From contig CAVOJA010000006.1 in assembly GCA_963696015.1 (NCBI GenBank), forward strand, positions 523 to 64,522: a stretch of 64,000 nt of DNA, given 5' to 3'. The stretch is from an uncultured Holophagales bacterium. Its GTDB lineage: Bacteria > Acidobacteriota > Thermoanaerobaculia > UBA5066. A program made the position numbers and the translations under genes. The notes under the pieces were generated by a model that saw only the letters and a list, made by a program, of their open reading frames with translations, made no database searches and was not told where the DNA came from. Below, piece after piece: positions 1 to 7,930 of the stretch; within the stretch, counting starts at the first letter, position 1, and each line of letters opens with the position of its first letter.

Positions 1-1
1 C

Positions 2-1387
2 CTCGTCGTTCCGCACGCCGGGTGGGCCTGGTCGGGGGTCGTCGCCGCGACCGCCTACCGTCTCCTCGCGCGCGGAGAGTTCGCGCGGGTCGTCGTCGTG
101 GCGCCGTCGCACCACGGCTCCTTCGACGGCTACGCCCTCGACGACGCGCCGGCGTACCGGACGCCGCTCGGGGAGGTCCCGCTCGCCCGGGAGGCCGTCG
201 AGACGCTGAAAGCGCCAGGGCTCGCGCGCGTCGTCCAGGGGGTGACCGGTCCGGAGCACGCCATCGAGATCGAGCTGCCGTTCCTGCAGGCGGTCCTCGG
301 GCGTTTCTCCCTCGTCCCGGTCCTCGTCGGGCGGGTCGACGCCGCCGCCCAGGAGGCCTTCGCCCTGCGCCTGGCGATGCTCGACGACGGGAAGACCCTC
401 TTCGTCTTCTCGTCCGACTTCACGCACTACGGCCCGCGGTTCGAGTACTCGCCCTTCGGGCCGACGTCGGCGGCGCGGGCGAAGATCCGCGCGCTCGACG
501 CGGCGGCGATCGACCTCCTCTGCCGGGTCGACACCGACGGTTTCCGCGACTTCGTGAGGGAGAAGGACGCGACCATCTGTGGACGGGCCGGGCTCGGTAC
601 GATGCTGGAGCTCCTCGCGAGGATCGCGCCGAAGGCCAGGGGAACGCTCCTGGCGCACTGGGCGTCGGGCGAGATTCCCGGTTCGCGCGACGACAGCTCG
701 GTCGACTACGCGGCCCTCGCCTACACGAGAGAGGGGGGCGCGGGAGGCCCGGCGCTGACCGCCCCTCCCGCGATGACGCCGGTCGACGCTACCGCCCCGC
801 CGCTTCCGGAGGCTCTCGGACGGACGCTCGTGCGCGCGGCGCGGGGCGCGCTCGAAGCGGACCTCGCGCGCGACACCACGCGCCTCGACGCGGCCCTGGG
901 CGACCTCGACGACTCCCCCGAGGCTTCGCGCCTGCAGGCCGTCTTCGTGACGCTCAAGAAGACGGACCCGCTGGAGATCGCGCGGCTCGGCGAGCTGCGC
1001 GGCTGCGTCGGGCAGGTCGTGCCGACCTACCCTCTCGTGCTCGCGGTCGTGAAGTCGGCCCTGGACGCCGCGCTCGACGATCCGCGCTTCCCCGAGGTGG
1101 AGGCGTCGGAGCTGCCGAGGCTCTCCGTCGAGGTGACGGTCCTCTCCCCGATCGTCCCGACGGCCACGTGGAAGGACATCCGGATCGGGACGCACGGAAT
1201 CGTCCTGGAGAAGGGGGGGCGGCGCGCCCTCTTCCTCCCGCAGGTCGCCGTCGAGCAGAAGTGGACGCTCGAGGAGACGCTCGACCACCTCGCGTCGAAG
1301 GCGGGGCTCGGGCGCGGGGAGTGGCGGACCGGCGCGAGATTCTCCGTCTTCACGGGGCAGGTCTTCCACGAGGAGCGGCAGCATTGA
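2..1387 (+). CDS. AmmeMemoRadiSam system fusion protein: Memo-like protein B (N-half) fused to AMMECR1-domain protein A (C-half). The 5-prime end lies upstream of the window.
   Basis: The frame is open from base 2 (LVVPHAGWAWSGVVAATAYRLL...), so the gene starts before the window. The N-half has Memo-type motifs (VVVAPSHHG, EHAIEIELPFLQ, SSDFTHYGPRF). The C-half has AMMECR1 motifs (VFVTLKK, LRGCVGQV, DPRFPEV, LSVEVTVLSP, LFLPQVAVEQ). Stop is TGA at 1385-1387. Confidence 0.8.
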   Translation, partial: LVVPHAGWAWSGVVAATAYRLLARGEFARVVVVAPSHHGSFDGYALDDAPAYRTPLGEVPLAREAVETLKAPGLARVVQGVTGPEHAIEIELPFLQAVLGRFSLVPVLVGRVDAAAQEAFALRLAMLDDGKTLFVFSSDFTHYGPRFEYSPFGPTSAARAKIRALDAAAIDLLCRVDTDGFRDFVREKDATICGRAGLGTMLELLARIAPKARGTLLAHWASGEIPGSRDDSSVDYAALAYTREGGAGGPALTAPPAMTPVDATAPPLPEALGRTLVRAARGALEADLARDTTRLDAALGDLDDSPEASRLQAVFVTLKKTDPLEIARLGELRGCVGQVVPTYPLVLAVVKSALDAALDDPRFPEVEASELPRLSVEVTVLSPIVPTATWKDIRIGTHGIVLEKGGRRALFLPQVAVEQKWTLEETLDHLASKAGLGRGEWRTGARFSVFTGQVFHEERQH

Positions 1388-1423
1388 CGATGGCGGCCAC
1401 GCCCCCGGTGAGGACCTGACGAA

Positions 1424-2578
1424 GTGAAGACGCGTCGCGAGCTCCTCGTCTCGGCCCTCGGCGCGGCGTGCGCGGCGGCGGAGGGGCTCGCCCGTGCAGG
1501 TATACCGTGGCCCCAGGACCCGGCGCCGTCTGCCGGGCTCTCGACGCACCCGGGCGAGTCCGGAGGCGCGGCGCATCCCGCCCGGTGGTGGACGAGCCTC
1601 ACCCAGTCGCGGGTCGCGTGCGGCCTCTGTTTTCGCGGCTGCCGGATCTCCGAGGGGGCGCGCGGGCACTGCGGAGTCCGCGAGAACCGGGGCGGTTCGC
1701 TGAAGACGCTCGTCCACTCGCGCCCGTCGGCGCTCGCGCTCGACCCGATCGAGAAGAAGCCGTTCTTCCACGTCCTCCCGGGCGCGTCGGCCCTTTCTCT
1801 CGGGACGGCCGGCTGCAACTTCCACTGCCGCTGGTGCCAGAACTGGGAGATCTCCCAGGCGCGGCCGGAGGAGTTGCCGGCCTCGACCCTGACGCCGGAC
1901 GAGGTCGCCACCCTCGCGGTGCGGAAGGGCGCCCCCGTCGTCGCCTGCACCTACAACGAGCCGACCGTCTTCGCCGAATACGCCCTCGACGTCGCGGTCG
2001 CTTCGCGGAAGAAGGGGGTGCGGACGGTCGTCGTCTCGAACGGCGCGATCCGCGAAGAGCCGCTCCGCGACCTCTGCGCGGTCCTGGCGGCCTACAAGGT
2101 CGACCTGAAGTGCTTCTCGGAGCGGACTTACCGCGAGCAGTGCAGCGGAGACCTGCGGGCCGTCCGGGATACGCTCCGGCGCCTCGCGAAGATGAAGGTC
2201 TGGACGGAGATCGTCGTCCTCCTCATCCCGGGCCTGAACGACTCCGAGGCCGAGCTCCGGGGGCTCGTCCGCTTCGTCCGGGACGAGGTCGGTCCCGAAA
2301 CGCCCGTTCACTTCACGCGCTTCCACCCGACGTACCGCCTGACGAACCTCCCGCCGACGCCGGTCGCCACTCTCGAGAGGGCGCGGGACGTCGCGCTCGC
2401 CGAGGGACTCGCGTTCGCCTACGTCGGCAACGTCCCGGGGCACCCGGGCGAATCGACGTACTGCCCGGGATGCAAGGCGCGGCTCATTCGGCGCGTCGGG
2501 ATGGCGACGGTCGAGAACCGCCTGGCGAAGGGCGCGTGCCCCGACTGCGGCCGCGCGATCCCTGGCGTCTGGAGCTGA
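1424..2578 (+). CDS. AmmeMemoRadiSam system radical SAM enzyme with a Tat-like N-terminal extension
   Basis: GTG start with GGTGAGGA about 9 nt upstream. Contains the radical-SAM CxxxCxxC motif (CNFHCRWCQNW), an N-terminal Cys cluster (CGLCFRGCRISEGARGHCGVR) and a C-terminal CPGC...CPDC pair. It directly follows the B/A fusion gene. The N-terminus is MKTRRELLVSALGAACAAAEGLARA. Confidence 0.85.
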   Translation: MKTRRELLVSALGAACAAAEGLARAGIPWPQDPAPSAGLSTHPGESGGAAHPARWWTSLTQSRVACGLCFRGCRISEGARGHCGVRENRGGSLKTLVHSRPSALALDPIEKKPFFHVLPGASALSLGTAGCNFHCRWCQNWEISQARPEELPASTLTPDEVATLAVRKGAPVVACTYNEPTVFAEYALDVAVASRKKGVRTVVVSNGAIREEPLRDLCAVLAAYKVDLKCFSERTYREQCSGDLRAVRDTLRRLAKMKVWTEIVVLLIPGLNDSEAELRGLVRFVRDEVGPETPVHFTRFHPTYRLTNLPPTPVATLERARDVALAEGLAFAYVGNVPGHPGESTYCPGCKARLIRRVGMATVENRLAKGACPDCGRAIPGVWS

Positions 2579-2582
2579 GCGG

Positions 2583-4823
2583 TCAGCGGGCCCGCGCGGC
2601 GGCGGCCGCGGCGAGGAAGACGAGGGCGGCGGCGAGGAGGCCGGTGCTCCTCATGCCGAGCGCCGGGACCAGGACGACTCCGGCCAGGAGCGCGGCGAAC
2701 GCGGCGCCGAGGTGGTCGGCGGCCTCGAAGTGCGCGGCCGAGGTACCGGCGCTCTCGCCCGAATCGAGGAGGACGCGCGCGGCAACGGGAAAGAGCGAGC
2801 CGGTGGCGATCCCCGCCAGGAGGAGAAGGCCGGCGTGGGCTCCGAGCGAGACGGCGGGCGGGAACGCCGAGAGGCTCGCGAGCGCGGGGAGGAGAAAGGC
2901 CATTGCGGCGAAGGCGGTCGCCGTGGCGAGGAGGACGACGAGGAGGGCCGCGCGCGGCGAGGGCGTCCGGGAGGAAGCGATGCGATGCGACCCGGCCGCC
3001 CCGGCGGCGAGGCCGAGCATGAACGCGGCCGTCAGGGCGCCGAGCGCGCCGTAGAGAGCCCCCTCCCGCGTCTGGTACGAGAGGAGAAGGAGGAACGAGA
3101 GGGCCATGCCGCTGGCCCCGGTTGCGGTGGCGGCGTGGAGGGCGGCGCGGCGCAGGGGCGCGGGTGCAACGAGGGCGCGCACGGCGAACGCGGCGGAGGG
3201 AAGGAGAACGAGCGCCACCAGGAGGGGCGCCGGGAGCCGCCCGAGGGCGCCGAACGCGCGTCCTGCGAGGCTCGCCGTCTCCCGCTGTCGGCGCGCCAGG
3301 GCGTAGAGGAGCGAGACGGGACGGTCGTCGCGGCTCGGCGGGACGCGTTGGGACGCTTCGGCGAGCGCAGCCTCGACGCGCGCGACGTTGCCCGGCTCGA
3401 GGAAGAGCGGAAAGAGCTCAGGGACGAACGCGTCCGAGGCGATCCGTCGGTCGCGGAAACGCGCCGCGACGACGGCCGGATCGAGCGTGACGGCGGATCC
3501 ATCGAAGCCCGCGACGACGAGCGTGTCGGGGCCGGGCGTCGCGCGGACGACGGGGAACGCGGCGCGAAGGGCGCCGAAGACCGAGCCGCCGAGGGCCGCG
3601 GTCGCGCCGGTCATCGCCGCCGAGGCGGTCCGGAGCGAGACGACGAGGGCGCCCCGGGGCGCGAGGCGCGCCGAGACGGTGCGGAAGCTCTCCTCGGTGA
3701 GGAGCCGCGCGCGGCCGAGCGTGACGGGGTCGGGGCCCAGCAGGAGGACCAGGTCCCAGGTCTCCCGCGTGCGGGAAAGGAACCGGCGCGGGTCGTCCGC
3801 GACGACGTGGACGCGCGGGTCGAGGAGCGCGCGCAGGTCCTCGCGCGGCAGACGGTCGCGGACGAAGGAGAAGGCGAGCGGGTCCGTCACGACGAGGTCG
3901 ACGCGCTCGGGAGAGTGTCGGAGGAGGAAGCGGAGCAGCCCGCGTTCGACCGCTCCGAGCGCGAGGACGCGGCGCGGAGACTCCGCGAGCGAGGCGGCGA
4001 GGTGGGCGAGCGTCTCGCTCGCGTACGGGTCGGGGAAGGTCGCGGAGAAGGCGCCGTTTTCCCAGAGCTGCAGCGGGTCGCCGCCGAGGGCGAGGTGCGC
4101 GTGGGGCGTGTCGCGGACCGCGACGAGCGGCGCCACCGGGGAGAGGGCTGCGAAACGGAGCCGCTCCGTCGCGTGGTCGAGCGGGCGGGAGGCAGCGGAC
4201 GCGAGCGCGAGCAGGGCCGCGGCGACGAGGGCGGGCCGCCGTCCCGGATGGCCCGAGGCGAGGAGGAGGAGGGCGGCCACGAGCCCCGCGAGGAAGGCGG
4301 TGGCGAGGGGCGGGAGGAGCTTTCCGACGAGGAGGCTCGCGCACGCGCCGGCGGCGAGCGAGCCGACCGACTCCACGACGTAGAGCCGCGTGAGCGCCTC
4401 GCCGGGCGGCAGGAGGGTCGCCGCGTGCGCACCGAGCGCAGCGAAGGAAGCGCCGACGAGGGCTCCGGAAGGGAGCAGCGAGACCGAAGCGAGGAGGAGG
4501 ACGAGGCCGAGTCCCGGGAGCTCACCGGCGGGCGGGGCCGCAGCCACGCGGAGGAGCCGGAGCGCGACGATGCCGGCGCCGCCGGCCCCGGCGAGGAGGG
4601 AGAGGAGGGTGAATGGGGAAAGGGCCGGACCGGGAACGCCGCGCCGGCGAGCGACCGCGCCGAGCGCGATGCCGAGCAGCCACGCGGCGAGCCCCGCGCC
4701 GATCGACGCCTCGTCCCCCGCGGCGCAGACGAGGAGCTCGCGCAGGAGGAGGACCTGGGCCGAGGTGGCCGCGAATCCGGCGGCGGCGAACGCCGGGAGG
4801 AGGCTCGGGGGGGGCGTGCGCAC
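2583..4823 (-). CDS. Polytopic membrane protein with a central spermidine-synthase-like domain (fused MFS/spermidine synthase architecture) and divergent active-site motifs
   Basis: 746-aa ORF with multiple hydrophobic helices at both ends. The central soluble segment keeps spermidine-synthase-like spacing (RRVLALGAVERG, VDLVVTDPLAF, VVADDPRRFL, WDLVLLLGPDPVTLGRARLLTEESF). The Gly-rich GGGDGG-type motif is degenerate. Confidence 0.6.
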   Translation of the reverse strand: MRTPPPSLLPAFAAAGFAATSAQVLLLRELLVCAAGDEASIGAGLAAWLLGIALGAVARRRGVPGPALSPFTLLSLLAGAGGAGIVALRLLRVAAAPPAGELPGLGLVLLLASVSLLPSGALVGASFAALGAHAATLLPPGEALTRLYVVESVGSLAAGACASLLVGKLLPPLATAFLAGLVAALLLLASGHPGRRPALVAAALLALASAASRPLDHATERLRFAALSPVAPLVAVRDTPHAHLALGGDPLQLWENGAFSATFPDPYASETLAHLAASLAESPRRVLALGAVERGLLRFLLRHSPERVDLVVTDPLAFSFVRDRLPREDLRALLDPRVHVVADDPRRFLSRTRETWDLVLLLGPDPVTLGRARLLTEESFRTVSARLAPRGALVVSLRTASAAMTGATAALGGSVFGALRAAFPVVRATPGPDTLVVAGFDGSAVTLDPAVVAARFRDRRIASDAFVPELFPLFLEPGNVARVEAALAEASQRVPPSRDDRPVSLLYALARRQRETASLAGRAFGALGRLPAPLLVALVLLPSAAFAVRALVAPAPLRRAALHAATATGASGMALSFLLLLSYQTREGALYGALGALTAAFMLGLAAGAAGSHRIASSRTPSPRAALLVVLLATATAFAAMAFLLPALASLSAFPPAVSLGAHAGLLLLAGIATGSLFPVAARVLLDSGESAGTSAAHFEAADHLGAAFAALLAGVVLVPALGMRSTGLLAAALVFLAAAAAARAR

Positions 4824-4921
4824 GGAGAGGGCCTCGGGCCGAGATTAGGCCCGAACGGTTTCGCCGGCTCCGTTGGCTCGTGCCGCCCCGGCCCCCGGGG
4901 GCGGGCACTAAGCTCCACGCG

Positions 4922-6499
4922 ATGCGCGCCGCCGCCGTTCTCGTACCCGGATCGATCCTCCTCACCGTCGGCCTGGCCCTGGCAGAGCCGGCGATACCAA
5001 CAGCTCCGCCCGGGCTGAAGCTGGTGCCGGAGGCCGAGCGCCCCTACCGGCGGCTCGTCATCGGCCTCGACCCGCTTCTCGCGAGCCCCTTCATGCTCCC
5101 GGAGGGCTCGCACTTCGAGGGCCTCGGAAACAAGCATCTCGCGCAGATCCGGCGGCAGCTCTACTGGCTGAACTTCGAGCTCATGCCCGGCCGGATCGTG
5201 AACGCGATCCCGAAGCGGACGCGGCTCTTCGTGGCCGTCCCCGACCCGCGCCTGCACGTCCGCGAGCTCGGGGACGAGCGCGACGAGCTCCGCGAGTACC
5301 TCGAGGTTCGCGCCCGCTGGACTCCGGCCGAGATCGCGGAGCGGGTCCGCTTCTTCGTCGTCGGCCGGGCGATCCCGTTCCCGCAGGACATCGCCGAACC
5401 CCTCGGTACCGACGAGGCGGGGCGTCTCGTCCTCGGGATCGGGGCCGAGGCGGACCTCTTCTACCGCGAGAGCCTGCAGCAGATGGTCCGGGCGTTCCCG
5501 CGCGAGTTCGCGATGCACTCCCTGCCGGGCGTGAACTCCGAGGGAGGAGACGTGGAGCTCGTGCGCCTTCCCGGTGGCCGGCTCGGTCTCCTCGCCGGGC
5601 ACCACAGGGTCCTCAGGTGGCTCGAGTACAAGTACGGCGAGGGCGTCATCGGGCGAACCGTCCCGACCGCGCGCATCGAGGAAGCCCGAAGCGCCTTCAG
5701 GAAGGCGTTCTTCGGTCTCGACGTCCTCTTCGTGAACGAGGAGGGGCTTCGGTCGCCGTCCCTCGTCGCGGACGAACTCTTCCACTCGGACATGATCGTG
5801 AACGTGGCCCGGGGCTCGAAGGGGATCGTGGCGTTCATTCCCTCGTACGAGGGCGGCCCCGTGGACGCCATCACCCGCGAGCCGCTCGCGCCCGAGGTGC
5901 AGAAGCGTGCGCAGGTCATCTACGACCGGGTGGCGAAGCAGCTCGCGGCGTGGGGCTTCCGCGTGGCGCGGCTGCCGTTCGCGGACCACCCGGTCCGCAA
6001 CCCCGTGAACGTCGGGAAGTACTCGGAACCCTCCGGAGAGCAGGTCGTCCTGCTCGGGAAGTACCCCTACCACTTCGCGCTCCCGGACGGGCCCAACCCG
6101 CAGAGGGAACTCCAGAAGCGGTTCGACGCGCTGTCCGACGAGCTCGAGGCGTGGCGGGGCCGGCCTTCGGACCGCGCGTTCGAGCGCGTGCTGAAGAGCG
6201 TCCGGGAGGTCTGGACGGAGATGGACCGGGCGGCGGCGAGCCCGAACCCCACGTTCGAGAGGCAGGCGAAGGTCTACGAGGCCGAGGGGATCCACGTCGT
6301 GCCTGTCCCGATCTACCCCACGGGCGAGGGAGGCCTCCACTGCCTCGGACTGGCGGGGCGGATGGAGGAGCCGTCGGAGGTCGGGGTGAGGGTCGCGGCG
6401 CTTTCCGGGCCCGGCGGGCGGTCGCCTCGGCGGTGCCGGCGCATTCACGCGCGGGGGCCGGCTCGCCGCTCCCAGGCCTCGAAGATCCTTTCGAGGTAG
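4922..6499 (+). CDS. Secreted protein with guanidino-group-modifying (amidinotransferase / agmatine or arginine deiminase) fold motifs
   Basis: The ATG at 4922 gives a signal-peptide-like start (MRAAAVLVPGSILLTVGLALAEP). Three family-type motifs appear in the expected order: EGGDVELV, LFHSDMIV (H-x-D) and a C-terminal GEGGLHCLG (catalytic Cys position). The longest ORF (from 4613) has an Arg-rich, implausible N-terminus. The 3-prime tail after HCL is low-complexity, so the stop position is uncertain. Confidence 0.45.
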   Translation: MRAAAVLVPGSILLTVGLALAEPAIPTAPPGLKLVPEAERPYRRLVIGLDPLLASPFMLPEGSHFEGLGNKHLAQIRRQLYWLNFELMPGRIVNAIPKRTRLFVAVPDPRLHVRELGDERDELREYLEVRARWTPAEIAERVRFFVVGRAIPFPQDIAEPLGTDEAGRLVLGIGAEADLFYRESLQQMVRAFPREFAMHSLPGVNSEGGDVELVRLPGGRLGLLAGHHRVLRWLEYKYGEGVIGRTVPTARIEEARSAFRKAFFGLDVLFVNEEGLRSPSLVADELFHSDMIVNVARGSKGIVAFIPSYEGGPVDAITREPLAPEVQKRAQVIYDRVAKQLAAWGFRVARLPFADHPVRNPVNVGKYSEPSGEQVVLLGKYPYHFALPDGPNPQRELQKRFDALSDELEAWRGRPSDRAFERVLKSVREVWTEMDRAAASPNPTFERQAKVYEAEGIHVVPVPIYPTGEGGLHCLGLAGRMEEPSEVGVRVAALSGPGGRSPRRCRRIHARGPARRSQASKILSR

Positions 6500-7743
6500 A
6501 CCGACTTCACCTGCTCCCTGGCGAGCGCGCGTTCCACGGGGGGCAGCCTGAGGATCGCCCCGAGGAGCGTTCCGAGGATTCGGTGGCTCGCGAGGGCCCG
6601 GTCGTCGAAGACGAGGTCCGCGAGGTTGCCCCGTTCCAGAGCCATCCTCACGACGCGCCGGGCCGTGTCGCGCGGGGGAATCACCCGCTCCTGCCGACGG
6701 ACGAGGCGGAGTGCGTCCCGCCGGCAGGCGGGGACGCAGACGCCGCAGCCGAGGCACGCCTCCTCGACGAGGCTCGCGGCCCGGCGCCCGGGGACCCGTG
6801 GGTCGCCCGCGGGCCGAAGTGCCATCGCCTCGACGGGGCAGGCCTTCGCGCAGGCGCCGCAGCCGTTGCACCTCTCGGCGTCGACCTCGGGAAGGAAGCC
6901 GGTCGTGTGGACGGGCCGGAACGCGCCGAAGCGCTTCTGTGCCAGGAGGGCCTCGCAGCAGCAGCCGCAGCAGTTGCAGACGAAAGCGACGCTCTCCCGG
7001 ACGTTCTCGCCGAACTGGACGAGGCCCCGCGAACGCGCCTCGGAAAGGAGGTCGAGGGCCTCGGGGGCGTCGACCCGGCGGGCGAAGCCGTGACGGGAGA
7101 GGGAATCGGCCGTCGTCCCGAACGTCAGGCAGATCTCGAGCGGGGCGCCGCAGGCCCGGCCGACGTGGGCCATCTTGTGCCGGCAGTAGCAGACGCCCAC
7201 GGCGGCGGCGCGAGCCGTCCGCGCCACCTCGCTCGCCCGCTCCCAGTCGAGGACGTGGAGCACGTCGTCGTCGGGGATAGCGTCCTCGTTCACGAAGGCG
7301 CGCCCGAGCTGGGTCTCGCCCCGGGCGAAGAGCTCGCGGACGAAGTCCTCCTCGACGTTGAGGTACTCGTAGAAGAGCCGGGCGAGGGCCTTCTGATCGA
7401 CGTCGTCGCGGACCCGCATCATCGAGAACTCGAAGAAGCCCGCCATCGGCGGCGGGAGGACCCAGCGGGTCTCGCCGTCACGCTCGGCATCGAGGAGGAG
7501 GGCCCGCGCCGCAAGCGCATCGAGCGTCTTTCGCGCTTCGTCGGGAGTCGTCTTCCAGGCCCTCGCCGCGGTCGCGAGGGTAAAGGGCTTCACCGGGAGG
7601 AGCGCGACGAGGCCGGCCTCACGCTCCGAGAAGAGGAGGGCGAGGATCCGGTACAGGAGGTCCGACGGGGGCGCGCCCTGTGGAAAGCGGTTCAGCCGCT
7701 CGACGAGGTCCCGGTACCCGGAGCGCGCCGTGGCGTGGGCCAC
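6445..7743 (-). CDS. 4Fe-4S dicluster domain-containing protein (function unknown)
   Basis: Two ferredoxin-type motifs (CNGCGACAKACP, CLGCGVCVPACR) plus an unusual CNCCGCCC cluster. I chose the GTG at 7743 (MAHATARSGYRDLVERLNRFPQGAP) with GGGAGA about 8 nt upstream. The longest ORF (to 8007) would run through a terminator hairpin and into rng. Confidence 0.7.
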   Translation of the reverse strand: MAHATARSGYRDLVERLNRFPQGAPPSDLLYRILALLFSEREAGLVALLPVKPFTLATAARAWKTTPDEARKTLDALAARALLLDAERDGETRWVLPPPMAGFFEFSMMRVRDDVDQKALARLFYEYLNVEEDFVRELFARGETQLGRAFVNEDAIPDDDVLHVLDWERASEVARTARAAAVGVCYCRHKMAHVGRACGAPLEICLTFGTTADSLSRHGFARRVDAPEALDLLSEARSRGLVQFGENVRESVAFVCNCCGCCCEALLAQKRFGAFRPVHTTGFLPEVDAERCNGCGACAKACPVEAMALRPAGDPRVPGRRAASLVEEACLGCGVCVPACRRDALRLVRRQERVIPPRDTARRVVRMALERGNLADLVFDDRALASHRILGTLLGAILRLPPVERALAREQVKSVYLERIFEAWERRAGPRA

Positions 7744-7757
7744 GAGGGTATTCTCCC

Positions 7758-7785
7758 AAAAAAAGAGCCGCCCATCGGGGCGGCT
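7758..7785 (-). terminator. Rho-independent terminator downstream of rng
   Basis: The minus strand reads AGCCGCCC-cgat-GGGCGGCT-c-TTTTTTT: a perfect 8-bp GC-rich stem, 4-nt loop and a 7-T run. T/A runs this long are rare in this window. Confidence 0.65.
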
Positions 7786-7930
7786 GGGAGGAGAGGCTGG
7801 AGTGTGCGCCACCCTCCTTAATGCAGGGGGCGTGCCAGTCTTTTCCGTGCCATTTCGACCACTTTCGGGCCCACTTCCCGCCCGAGACGCCGGAGGAGAG
7901 CGTGCCCCGGCGGCACCGGGGTGATCCGGG

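Noticed and set aside
6445-6499. The 55-nt convergent overlap of the 4922..6499 gene with the Fe-S gene, considered as evidence of antisense regulation.
   Set aside because: The last 45 or so codons of the plus-strand gene are low-complexity (Arg/Pro/Gly/Ser) after the conserved GGLHC motif. The real stop may therefore be obscured by a sequence error, and the overlap may be an annotation artefact.
3887-6871. Very long alternative-frame or antisense ORFs. Examples: 3887..6871(-) 994 aa, 26483..29326(-) 947 aa, 34141..37728(+) 1195 aa, 40454..42850(-) 798 aa, 53630..56032(-) 800 aa, 57585..60347(-) 920 aa.
   Set aside because: All are Arg/Pro/Gly/Asp-rich low-complexity translations. They lie opposite to, or out of frame with, genes that have clear family motifs. 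Stop codons are rare in off-frames at about 70% GC, so ORF length alone is not evidence here.
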